Shown piece after piece: positions 27,981-40,300 of a stretch of DNA of 64,000 bases. The position numbers and the translations under genes were made by a program. Positions within the stretch are counted from its first letter, which is position 1, and the number at the start of each line of letters is the position of its first letter. The notes beneath the pieces are model-generated. The model worked only from the letters and a program-made list of their open reading frames with translations. It did not search any database and was not told the DNA's origin. The stretch comes from Eledone cirrhosa (taxonomy: Eukaryota), in assembly GCA_964016885.1 (NCBI GenBank), contig OZ024746.1:98580001-98644000 (forward strand), given 5' to 3'.

Positions 27981-28239
27981 TCAGCGCTTCAAAAGCTGAA
28001 AATTAGGCTTTGTACATTGTTTATATTTTTTGTTGTTTTAATAAAAGCACTGTTTTTTAGGCTTTTAAAACTCTGATTTGCAGCTATAAATACTTAAGAG
28101 GATTATTAATACTAATATATAACTATGACTGTCAATTGCTTTAACTTGCATGTTAACAAATCTACATCAAATCAATGTTATCCACAAACTTATATTTAAC
28201 CCCACTTACCAGACACATACCACACAACTTTATTATTTC

Positions 28240-28399
28240 TATTACTCTATATTTACTATTGTATTTTTATGTTAAAGACTTTATCTCACATAATATCGAA
28301 TCTACGAGATTTTGATATTATTTATTTTGAGAACAATACCTTAACATCAGTATGAGCAGCCAGTTAAGCTGGTTTGTACAGAAAGAAGTGAGAGAATTC
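28240..28399 (+). mobile_element. MITE B fragment
   Basis: Matches the internal part of MITE B (atcgaatctacgagattttgat...gagaacaataccttaacatcag). Confidence 0.75.
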
Positions 28400-28620
28400 G
28401 GAGATGTGTAGCCTAGTGGTAAGGGTGTTGGATATACGATCATAATGTTGTGGGTTTGATTCCTGGGTTAGGTTGCGTGTTGTGTTCTGGAGCAAAAAAC
28501 CTCATTTCACATTGCTTCAGTATACTCAGTCGAAAAAACAATGAGTACCAGCAATAGCTGGGGGTTTAACCCTGCGATGGACTGGCATCTTGTCCAAGGG
28601 GAAGTCTTGTACTCTATGTA
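28400..28620 (+). mobile_element. tRNA SINE (CORE-like segment plus ccctgcgatggactggcatc segment)
   Basis: A-box TAGCCTAGTGG, B-box GGTTTGATTCC; homologous to 4885-5072. Confidence 0.7.
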
Positions 28621-28631
28621 AGACAAAAAAA

Positions 28632-28890
28632 TGACTTCTGATGTCCTTGAACCTAGGACCACCTCCCTACTCACCACCTCCCTACTCACCACCACCGGTA
28701 CAGAGTTGGTTAACAGCAGGTGTGGACCCCGCGAGCTGGAATGGCTCTTCGAATGCATCTCCCTTACCATCCTCCGGGGAAATACCTTCTCTATGTTGTC
28801 TGTCAGGGCCGCGGAGCGACAAGCATGTGGGCCCCCATTTGCTTATAATAATGAGAGATGGGGAGAGTGAAAGAGACGGAGGCATTGATC
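28632..28890 (+). mobile_element. CRE-like retrotransposon 3' fragment
   Basis: ORF 28631..28870 ...PRELEWLFECISLTILRGNTFSML..., followed by the shared UTR cccccatttgcttataataatgagagatggg. Confidence 0.72.
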
Positions 28891-29033
28891 TTGTTTAATG
28901 TGTAACCATGGAAATATTTATTATTGGTTTACCTCTTTTCTTTTATTTATTTTAGATATATTTTATGCTTACATAGTTTTTAAAATGTTCTACGGCTAAA
29001 ATGGTTTCATTCACACCAGAAATCAGCCTTCTC

Positions 29034-29377
29034 TCTGTAGTCTTACCTGTCAATCTATCTCTGTAGTCTTACCTGTCAATCTATCTCTGTAGTCTTACCT
29101 GTCAATCTATCTCTGTAGTCTTACCTGTCAATCTATCTCTGTAGTCTTACCTGTCAATCTATCTCTGTAGTCTTACCTGTCAATCTATCTCTGTAGTCTT
29201 ACCTGTCAATCTATCTCTGTAGTCTTACCTGTCAATCTATCTCTGTAGTCTTACCTGTCAATCTATCTCTGTAGTCTTACCTGTCAATCTATCTCTGTAG
29301 TCTTACCTGTCAATCTATCTCTGTAGTCTTACCTGTCAATCTATCTCTGTAGTCTTACCTGTCAATCTATCTCTGTA
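29034..29377. repeat. 26-bp minisatellite, about 13 identical units
   Basis: Unit CTCTGTAGTCTTACCTGTCAATCTAT. Confidence 0.97.
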
Positions 29378-30230
29378 TATTCATTAAAACAACAGAAAGC
29401 CAGACTGGAAAATTTACTTTAGAATTTTAATTCCGCAAGAGCACTATACATATTTCAATGACCCAGCTCTATCATCTGATCATGATGCAAGATTAGGTGA
29501 TTTCATCAGGTGTTGTTTGCAGAATTATGTAGCAGGATTACTTTGAACCCAAACATAGAATGAAAGATAGGAGATATAAAATACACACGCATGCGGAGAG
29601 AGAGGTAATTAATCCCCATCTAGTTATCTGCAAATTGAGACTACCTAAAACCATAGAAACTGACAGAGACCTCAAAAAGGCATCTGACTGCATTCCACGG
29701 GGCCTGTTGTGGAAGGTTCTGCTAAGCTAGAGTATGGAACTGGCAGATAGGTTCTTATTGCCTTGATGTCTCTCTATACAAATGCCTGAGTATTGAAACC
29801 ATTCTATGTGGATGTTGGACTTTCCTGATCATAATCTTCATGGACAAGATTGACATGTAAACATGTACAGCTGGTTTGGAAGTGGTATCACAACTGGCAG
29901 GTGTAAGATGAGTTGGTTGAAATTTGCTTGATGATCTAGCCACAGAGATGGTTGCTTCTGACAGGACCCACTGAAAGGCGTGTTTGAAGACTCTGCCTCT
30001 ATGACCCCCCCCCCCCCCCCCCCATACATGAACGAAGTGCTTATTTTTTTTTTAAAGTCCAGTACTTACTTTATTGATCTCTTTTTGTCAAACTGCTAAG
30101 TTAAGAGATAGAAACACAGGACGGACACACACACAACGGGCTTCTGCACAGTTTCAGTTTACCAAATTTAACTCACCTGGTGGCTATAGTAGAAGGCACT
30201 GGCTTAAGGTGCCACCAGAAACCATGTAGT

Positions 30231-30436
30231 TTCTAATGAAATACACTCTTTTAATTAATTAATGAAGAATTTTGAGAGATTTACTAAAATTATTAATTAT
30301 TTCATTACTAAGATAGTAACTTAATGTAAGATTCTTATATAAAATTATGTTGGAAGATTTTAATTTAAATTGGAAACCTTTAAAATGGATGGTTTTTATT
30401 TCATAGAACCAGAGCCGGTTTTGGTCGGGTTGGTAC
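30231..30436 (-). mobile_element. MITE A, termini eroded
   Basis: Reverse complement of the MITE A body (tttcatagaaccagagcc...). Confidence 0.8.
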
Positions 30437-31456
30437 AGTCACATTTGCTCCATTGGTAGTTCATTATTCTGGACTTGAATCCACGAAAGGCAGTTTTGCT
30501 CTCTTAAATGTCAGTAATATAGTCTCTATGATGAAATACTGTTAGTGTCCACTGAAGAGAAATCAATAATAAAACATGATAAATTACTCATCGATTACTG
30601 TATGATATTTATCGTTGACCCGAAGGCTAATAAGCTGGTTTTAGGAGTTAATAATAGTATGCCAGTAATTTATGGTTCCTTCTTCTCAGTCTCCCTCTCT
30701 CTTTAATTTGTTTTAGATACAATATTATCTTTACAACACCACACAGTTTAGTGTCTGTCAGTGTGTCAGGATTAACTTTTCACTGATACTATTGCTAATT
30801 AGGAGATAAAATAATGTGTTTACTTCAACCTAGCTAAGTCACTTCAAAATTTCATGATGAAAATGCATGTATAAATATATATAAATATCTATATATAAAT
30901 ATATGTGTGTATATATATATATAGATAGATTTTAAAAAAAAACACATACATATAAACAAACTATAATTATTTAAGCCTTTTGATAAATACTAACATAACC
31001 TAATTTAAAATTGAAAACAGAAGAAAAAACATGTAATTAGGCCTCACAGGGAAATTGAATAATGTTATATTTTATATTGAGTTGTTAGAAGATTTTTTTG
31101 AAGTCTTTCAAGATTTTCTTTTTTTTTGTCTTTGATTGTCAAAAAGAAATAACAAAAAGAAAAAGATTGAGACAATAGGAGAATATCTGTGTTTTCTTAA
31201 TTACCTTTGGTGAAGATTTTTTTTTTAAATAATGGAATTTTCATCGAGTGTTTTATTTGATGTTATCCAACACCTGCCTTTCCAAAATGATGATTCAAAA
31301 GATGGTTTGTAATAATTTTTTGTTTCATTTTTTAAAAATTTCATTTCTTTTTATCTATCATGTATGTAGGTATACCTATTATTTAGGATTGTGTGTAGGC
31401 AGCAGTACTGTTATATGTATGAATGTATGTATTGTTTAGAAGTGACTTCTATATAT

Positions 31457-31675
31457 AGACTGTTCGATTTTTACGTGAACTTGAAAAATATGCGAATTTG
31501 CTTTTACACCTCTTGAAAAAATGTTATTAAATATTCACTTTATGCGAACAACACGCTATAACGTGTGTGGTTTAAAATTATTTTTGTTTATCAGAAAATT
31601 AGACTTGATTTACGTGAATTTGCTTTACGTGCCATGTTCATGAACGCATCTTCGCGTAAATAGTGAACACACTGT
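31457..31675. mobile_element. Tigger/pogo-like MITE
   Basis: Imperfect TIRs tagactgttcgatttttacgtgaa / ttcgcgtaaatagtgaacacactg-TA. Confidence 0.55.
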
Positions 31676-32495
31676 ACTTATATTACAGCTTATGAAGCCC
31701 TGTTCAGTCTTATTCGAAGTCACTGCCCTCCTTGATGTGCTGATTTATTGTGTTTTGTATCACTGGCTTCCTAGTCTAGTTGGCTTCACCTGACTTATGG
31801 AACACATGTCTATACCATGCAGACTTCTTTTGGTTTATTTGCAATAACTGTTTACCCACAAGTACTGTATTCTCCAAATTAAAAAGCCCTCTATCTCCCT
31901 CAGGCAATCACATATTTTTGCAGTGTGCTCTCCCACATGGAATGTATTCTCCAAATTAAAGAGCCCTCAACCTCCTTCAGGCAATAATGTTTTAAATATT
32001 TATTCTGAGTAACAACACTCCCATTGGGGATAGCAGACGTGTCATATGGAGCCCTCGTCCATCATTCTCAGCATAGTTGCGATCTGTATGGTAAGCTGTT
32101 GATGTGCGTATCGCAGAAGCAGAAGGCCATACCAGAAGGTGTCACAAATGGGATGGGAGGGTGGTCTATGGCATAGGTCACCAGATTAATGCAATGCTAA
32201 TTTGGAAATAATTTAATAGTTGACTGAAAAAAAAGTGGAATAGTACAATGGTTTCAGTAGATCCCATTAAGGGTGAAAGCAGCGATTCTTTGCTTAAACT
32301 TTAATCTGTTATTTTAATATATATATGTGTGTGTATATATATATTCGGTTTTGAATTTGTTTTGTGATATATTGTTATACTTTGGGAGGGTTATGTTGCC
32401 AACAAAAACACACGCACCTGTTGGTTTTCACTTCAATTTATTATAAATTTCCAGTTGATTGGTTGGTTCGATAACCGGAAGGTTGTTTATATATC

Positions 32496-32538
32496 GTCAA
32501 AGCTCTTTCGTCACGCATTCTGTGACCTCCTCAATGAC
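32496..32538 (-). ncRNA. Degenerate minimal type I hammerhead-like fold
   Basis: GTCA-TTGAGGA-gGTCAC-agaatgc-GTGAC-GAAA-gagc-TT-TGAC; position C3 of the core is U. Confidence 0.45.
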
Positions 32539-32639
32539 TAGGTTTTTATTTTGTGTGTCTCTCCTTTGTTCTGTCCTACACCATTTTGTATTGATGTAGG
32601 AAAGATGTAAATTTGTTTAGTAAAATAATCATTCTGCTG

Positions 32640-32769
32640 GGGCCATGGGGGCAGCCGGCACATGCCCCCCCCCCCCCCATTTGCTCATAATAGTGAGAGA
32701 TGGGGGAGGTCAAGAGAGATGGAGGCAATGACAGTGGGAGTCTGGTTTCATTGTGTTGGGACCTGGTGT
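32640..32769 (+). mobile_element. CRE-like 3' UTR fragment, tail-to-tail with RTE copy 2
   Basis: Matches 3150-3265. Confidence 0.65.
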
Positions 32770-35700
32770 ATCATCATCATCATCATCATTTTACGTCTGC
32801 TTTTCCCTGCTTGCAAGGGTGGGACGGGAACTGATTCTGGCTTGATTTCTACAGCTGGATGCCCTTCCTAACACCAACCTCATTTACAGTGAGTGGTGGG
32901 TGCTTTTTTGCTGTGGCACCTCCACGACCACTTTGCAGTGGGAGGGTGTAGGGGCATATTGTCTATATGCTTCAGCTTATACCCATGGGAGGTCGGGTAC
33001 TCTGTATTACTGCGTGACGCCAGAGGTCACGGTCGTGTGAGGTGTAATTGGGTAAGGTCGGCTTTTATCACCTTATCCCTGGTCTTCTTGGGTCTCCCCA
33101 TTCCGCGGTTTCCATTGACTTCTAGTGCTCTGCACCTTTTTATGCAGCTGTCATCCTTCATACGCATCACATGTCCATACCAATGCAACCGCCTCTCCTG
33201 CACACAGCATTTGATTCCTCTTATGCTCAGTCTCTCTCTCAATTCATTTATGCTTTGCCGTTCGCGTATATTACTATTACACATCCATCGGAGCATGCAG
33301 GCTTCGTTTCTCTCTAATCTGCGTAAGTCTTCCACCTTCAGTGCCCAGGTCTCACTACCATGCAACATCGCTGTTCGGATACACGCATCATACAATCTGC
33401 CTTTCATTTTGAGGGAGAAGCCTTTTGCAGCTAGCAGTGGCAGTAGTTCCCTGAACTTCTTCCATCCCGTTCTTACCCTAGTTATTGTACTTTCTGAACA
33501 CCCACCTCCGCTGCTAATTCGGTCACCTAGGTAGCAGAAGCTGCCTACTGTTTCTACAGAGCCCTCCCAGAGATTGGTGGTACTTGTTTCCTGTGGCTGC
33601 TTGCTGTCCCAGCACAGCTGCTACATGTGAAGCCTACATTCTTAATTAAGCTTCTTGAGATCCCGCTACATCTCTTGTGTACCCATTGTTTGCATTTGGG
33701 GCAGAGAATGGAGTTCCTACCTACACCTTTCCTACATACTGAGCAAGGCCATTTCCCTGAGGGGATCTGGGTTCTGTTTTCTCGTCTATTTACAAGGACC
33801 TTAGTCTTTGTCATGTTGACTTTGAGACCCTTTCTTTCTAGTCCCTGCTTCCAAGTTTGGAATTTCTTCTCTAGTTCTACCATAGATTACGCTATAAGTG
33901 CGAGGTCATCTGCATACAGGAGTTCCCATGGGCATCCGGTCTTAAACTCCTCCGTTATTGCCTGCAGGACTATGATGAACAGGAGAGGGCTAAGAACAGA
34001 GCCCTGGTGGACACCAACCTGTACGCTAAATTCCTCGCTATACTCATTGCTAATCCTAACTTTGCTGACTGCTCCCCTATACATGGCTTGTACAGCTTTC
34101 ACAAGCCATTCATCTACTCCTAGTTTTCTAAGAGCCCAGCAGATTATAGCACTTGGAACTCTGTCAAAGGCTTTCTCAAGGTCGACGAATGCCAGGTAGA
34201 GTGGCTTACTTTTAACTAGGTACTTTTCCTGTAACTGCCTCACAAAGAAGAGGGCATCAGTGGTGCCTCTTCCTGGTACAAACCCAAATTGCATCTCATC
34301 TAGTTTCACCCAGTCAACTGTGCTATAACTCTTTCTATTACTTTCATGACCTGGTCCATCAACTTTATACCTCTATAGTTTCCTCTATCTAGTGCATCAC
34401 CTTTACCTTTGTAGCAGTTGACAATGATGCTACTACACCAATCTTTTGGTATGACACCTTCTAGTATTACCTGGTTAACAATACGTGTGGTTATAGTGTG
34501 ACCTACAGACCCAGGTGCCTTCAGCATCTCGGCAGCTATACCCGATGGACCAGTTGCCTTCCCCATCTTCATATCTTTGATTGCCTTACTTACTACGCTG
34601 CTGCTGACTAGTACTGCTAGCCCCTCTATAGGGTCTACTTGGGGTAGGGTCTCTTCTTCCCATGCATTCTCCTCATTTAGTAATCTATCATAATGGCTCT
34701 TTCATGCATCTTTCTTCTCAGCACTTGTGAGGGCAAGCTCACCTTTATCATTCCGGATACACTTCACTTCAATGACATCACAATTCTCTCTGACACACTG
34801 CCTCGCAATCTTGAACACCCGTTTCTGGTCCCCGCGTTGCAAAACATGCTTGAATTTTTGTATCCTCTGCTTCCCTCCTAGCTAAGTATACTTGTTGCCT
34901 AGCTTCCCTCTTGGTCTCTATGTAATGTACCCGGCTTCCCCCATTCTTCCATTCTTTCCATGCCTGTCTCTTGGCCTTAACTGCCTCATCTACCTTATTG
35001 TTCCACCACCAAGTCACTCTCCTCCTGCTTGTGGTCTTACTCTAGCCACAGATCTCATCCGTCGCCTCTAGTAAGTTATTTTTTAGGAACTCCCAGTGCT
35101 CTTCTACATTGAATGTCTCTATCTGTTCTTCTTTACTGTCGTAGACGTTGAGTAAAATATCTTTAAATCTGTTACTGGTTGAGGGGTCTTTCAGCTTCCA
35201 GATCTTTCTTCTCCAGGTTGCCCTCTGTTTCCAGGTTCGGCTAGTTCTGACCGTGAGGTCGTTGACAACTAAGCTATGTTGGGAGGTACATTCCTCACTA
35301 GGGAAGGCTTTTGTGTTTACGACCATCCATCTGTCACGTCCTCTGACAAGGATAAAATCTATCTGACTAGAATGCTCCCCTGATCTATAGGTGATCAGGT
35401 GGTTGTCGGGTTTTTTGAAGTTTGTGTTACATATCGACATGTCATTGGCGTCGCAGAATTCTAGAAGTCTGAATCCTTCTTCATTTCCTGTGCCAACCCC
35501 ATGGCCTCCATGGACTCTATTGAAGCCATCACAGTGTTTACCTACGTGTTCGTTAAAATCTCATGCGATGATTAGGAAGTCATTGTCGTTTGTTAGAGCA
35601 GTAGTGTGCATTAGGGACTCGTAAAACCTATCCTTAAGTTCATCTGGCAACCCCGATTGGGGTGCGTAAGCTGATATTATTGCAGTAATTGTTTTATTCA

Positions 35701-35802
35701 GGACTAGTCAGAGTTTAATGATTCTTGCATTCACCCTGTTCACTGAGATTACCTTATCTACCCACTTGTCAGCTAGTAGTATACCTACACCACCCATCCC
35801 AT
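32770..35802 (-). mobile_element. RTE-clade LINE copy 2, 5'-truncated and disrupted
   Basis: Minus-strand ORFs 35042..35440, 34306..34572, 33887..34309, 33554..33883 and 33027..33407 are highly similar to copy 1; (GAT)n tail at 32770-32790. Confidence 0.95.
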
Positions 35803-35888
35803 TATATATATATATATAACTATATGACTGCCAATACTCGAATTGAACCATCAAGACCGTTGGGGTATGTCATACATCAATTCATGTA

Positions 35889-35950
35889 TTTTATCTGACG
35901 AGGACGTACTGAAAAAATAGTACAGTGCCTTTGAAATATATATAATAAAA
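35889..35950 (+). ncRNA. Minimal type I hammerhead ribozyme candidate
   Basis: TTTTAT-CTGACGA-[gtact/agtac imperfect stem II]-GAAA-TATATA-TA-ATAAAA. Confidence 0.6.
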
Positions 35951-36000
35951 CATATATTTTGATTATGTGAATGTCTTCATTTATTAATATTTTGAATAAT

Positions 36001-36375
36001 ATCATCATCATCATCTTCGTTTAACGCCCATTTTCCACGCTAGCATGGGTTAGACGGGAGTTGTCCCACTTGAGGCAAGGTTGGTCGGGTGATGGTGTCT
36101 CGCTCATATAGGACTATCTGGCAGGTTTTCTATGGCTGGATGCCCTTCCTAACACCAACCACATTTACAGTGTGGAACTGGGAACTTTTAACGTGTTACC
36201 TACACGGCCACATTACAGCGTGGACTGTGTGAGGATAAGGTAGGGGTAGTGGATTGGGGTGTATATTTGGTCAAGAGGTGTCTACTGACTGTAGGTTTCG
36301 CTTTGTACATAGGCAAGGCAGGTCTTCTGTATTCTGTATTACTGCGTAGTGCCAAAGATCTCGGTCCAGTGACAT
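36001..36375 (-). mobile_element. RTE-related 3' fragment
   Basis: (ATC)n tail plus ttccacgctagcatgggttagacggg and ggatgcccttcctaacaccaacc, shared with RTE tail type 1. Confidence 0.7.
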
Positions 36376-36434
36376 TGTACTCAATACATAGCAGGGTATG
36401 AATATTTAAATATCAAAAAATATTTTTAAAAAAA

Positions 36435-36588
36435 TAAATATCAAAATTTCATAGATTCGATATATTATGTGAGATAAAAAATACAATAGTAAATATAAAG
36501 TAAATGCCAATGCTAAAGTGTTAAAATGGGTGGTTTTGTTTCATAGAACCAGAGCCATTTTTGGTTTGGTTGATATCAAAAGGGTGAA
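36435..36588 (-). mobile_element. MITE A left end joined to MITE B left end at the internal TTAA
   Basis: Reverse complement reads cccttttgatatcaacc...accacccattTTAAcactttagcatt, the same junction as at 6854. Confidence 0.75.
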
Positions 36589-36624
36589 ATAAGCTTTTCA
36601 TCCTACTAGTCTGATAGAATATTG

Positions 36625-36830
36625 GTTTCTGGTTTAGGCACAAGGCCAACAATTTTGGGTGTGGGGAAAGTAGACTTAATCAACCCCAATGCATTACTGG
36701 TACTTTATTTTATCATTGCTATAAGGATGAAAGGCAAAACTAAAACTAACCTTGGCAGGATTTGAACTCAGATTGTAAGGGCCCGTAACTCTATGCTGTC
36801 CGATGTTCCACCGATACTGCCAATTCACCT
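36625..36830 (-). mobile_element. Meta-domain-like SINE
   Basis: Homologous to 10610-10820. Confidence 0.7.
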
Positions 36831-37111
36831 CCTATGACAGTCTGATGAAATATTACTCAGAAGACAGTGGACCTAATCTATTTACTATAATATCTCTTGT
36901 TAAAGCAGAAAAACAAAACAAAACACAAAAAGATATTAATTTTTGTCTATTAATTTCATTTTGTCATAATCTAATTAGCAGAACTGGTTAAAATAACTTG
37001 ATTCATTAAAAACGAATTTTCTACTCTAAATAGGAATAACCTCCATAACGATGGAATGTACATTAAATTGGCAGTTAATTTCGCAGTTTAGTCAGTTTGA
37101 TTTCTGTGTCT

Positions 37112-37330
37112 ATCATAATCATCATAATCATCACCACAATCACCATCACCACAATCACCACCACCACCACCACTATCATCATCATCATCATCATCACCAT
37201 CACCACCACCACCACCACCACAATCACCATCACCACCATCATCATCATCACCACCACTATCATCATCACCATGACCACCACCACAACTACCACCACCATC
37301 ATCATCACCATCACCACGAACACCATCATC
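37112..37330. repeat. (CAT/CAC)n trinucleotide tract
   Basis: Directly visible. Confidence 0.95.
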
Positions 37331-40300
37331 ATCCACCACACCAGTATCTGTAGGTCTAGCATCCATCACCACCACCACACCAGTATGTGTAGGTCTATCA
37401 TCCACCACCACACCAGCATGTGTAGGTCTATCATCCACCACCACACCAGTATGTGTAGGTCTATCATCCATCACCACCACCAGTATGTGTAGGTCTATCA
37501 TCCACCACCACACCAGTATGTGTAGGTCTATCATCCACCACCACCACCACACCAGTATGTGTAGGTCTATCATCCATCACCACCACCAGTATGTGTAGGT
37601 CTATCATCCACCACCACACCAGCATGTGTAGGTCTATCATCCACCACCACACCAGCATGTGTAGGTCTATCATCCACCACCACCACCACACCAGCATGTG
37701 TAGGTCTATCATCCATCATCACCACCACACCAGCATGTGTAGGTCTATCATCCACCACCACACCAGCATGTGTAGGTCTATCATCCACCACCACCACCAC
37801 ACCAGCATGTGTAGGTCTATCATCCATCATCACCACCACACCAGCATGTGTAGGTCTATCATCCACCACCACACCAGTATGTGTAGGTCTATCATCCACC
37901 ACCACACCAGTATGTGTAGGTCTATCATCCACCACCACACCAGTATGTGTAGGTCTATCATCCACCACCACACCAGCATGTGTAGGTCTATCATCCACCA
38001 CCACACCAGCATGTGTAGGTCTATCATCCACCACCACCACCACACCAGCATGTGTAGGTCTATCATCCATCATCACCACCACACCAGCATGTGTAGGTCT
38101 ATCATCCATCACCACCACCAGTATGTGTAGGTCTATCATCCACCACCACACCAGTATGTGTAGGTCTATCATCCACCACCACCACCACACCAGTATGTGT
38201 AGGTCTATCATCCACCACCACCACCACACCAGTATGTGTAGGTCTATCATCCACCACCACCACCACACCAGCATGTGTAGGTCTATCATCCATCACCACC
38301 ACCACACCAGTATGTGTAGGTCTATCATCCACCACCACCACCACACCAGCATGTGTAGGTCTATCATCCACCACCACCACCACACCAGTATGTGTAGGTC
38401 TATCATCCACCACCACACCAGCATGTGTAGGTCTATCATCCACCACCACCACCACACCAGTATGTGTAGGTCTATCATCCACCACCACACCAGTATGTGT
38501 AGGTCTATCATCCACCACCACCACCACACCAGTATGTGTAGGTCTATCATCCACCACCACACCAGCATGTGTAGGTCTATCATCCACCACCACACCAGCA
38601 TGTGTAGGTCTATCATCCACCACCACCACCACACCAGCATGTGTAGGTCTATCATCCACCACCACACCAGCATGTGTAGGTCTATCATCCACCACCACCA
38701 CCACCACACCAGTATGTGTAGGTCTATCATCCACCACCACACCAGCATGTGTAGGTCTATCATCCACCACCACCACCACACCAGCATGTGTAGGTCTATC
38801 ATCCACCACCACACCAGCATGTGTAGGTCTATCATCCACCACCACACCAGCATGTGTAGGTCTATCATCCACCACCACCACCACACCAGCATGTGTAGGT
38901 CTATCATCCACCACCACACCAGCATGTGTAGGTCTATCATCCACCACCACCACCACACCAGTATGTGTAGGTCTATCATCCACCACCACACCAGCATGTG
39001 TAGGTCTATCATCCACCACCACCACCACACCAGCATGTGTAGGTCTATCATCCACCACCACACCAGCATGTGTAGGTCTATCATCCACCACCACCACCAC
39101 ACCAGTATGTGTAGGTCTATCATCCACCACCACACCAGTATGTGTAGGTCTATCATCCACCACCACCACCACACCAGCATGTGTAGGTCTATCATCCACC
39201 ACCACCACCACACCAGTATGTGTAGGTCTATCATCCACCACCACACCAGCATGTGTAGGTCTATCATCCACCACCACACCAGTATGTGTAGGTCTATCAT
39301 CCACCACCACCACCACACCAGTATGTGTAGGTCTATCATCCACCACCACACCAGTATGTGTAGGTCTATCATCCACCACCACACCAGTATGTGTAGGTCT
39401 ATCATCCACCACCACCACCACACCAGTATGTGTAGGTCTATCATCCACCACCACCACCACACCAGTATGTGTAGGTCTATCATCCATCACCACCACCACA
39501 CCAGTATGTGTAGGTCTATCATCCACCACCACACCAGTATGTGTAGGTCTATCATCCACCACCACCACCACACCAGCATGTGTAGGTCTATCATCCATCA
39601 CCACCACCACACCAGTATGTGTAGGTCTATCATCCACCACCACCACCACACCAGTATGTGTAGGTCTATCATCCACCACCACCACCACACCAGCATGTGT
39701 AGGTCTATCATCCACCACCACACCAGTATGTGTAGGTCTATCATCCACCACCACACCAGCATGTGTAGGTCTATCATCCACCACCACCACCACACCAGTA
39801 TGTGTAGGTCTATCATCCACCACCACCACCACACCAGTATGTGTAGGTCTATCATCCATCACCACCACCACACCAGTATGTGTAGGTCTATCATCCATCA
39901 CCACCACCACACCAGTATGTGTAGGTCTATCATCCACCACCACACCAGTATGTGTAGGTCTATCATCCACCACCACCACCACACCAGCATGTGTAGGTCT
40001 ATCATCCACCACCACCACCACACCAGTATGTGTAGGTCTATCATCCACCACCACCACCACACCAGCATGTGTAGGTCTATCATCCACCACCACACCAGCA
40101 TGTGTAGGTCTATCATCCACCACCACCACCACACCAGTATGTGTAGGTCTATCATCCACCACCACCACCAGTATGTGTAGGTCTATCATCCATCACCACC
40201 ACCACACCAGCATGTGTAGGTCTATCATCCATCACCACCACCACACCAGTATGTGTAGGTCTATCATCCATCACCACCACCACACCAGCATGTGTAGGTC

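Noticed and set aside
31866-31985. About 43-bp imperfect direct repeat pair
   Set aside because: Simple local duplication with no other supporting structure.
32030-32080. Further hammerhead on the minus strand (CTGAGAA...ATGGA/TCCAT...GACACGTC)
   Set aside because: Both core segments deviate from consensus and stem I does not pair; at best a dead relic.
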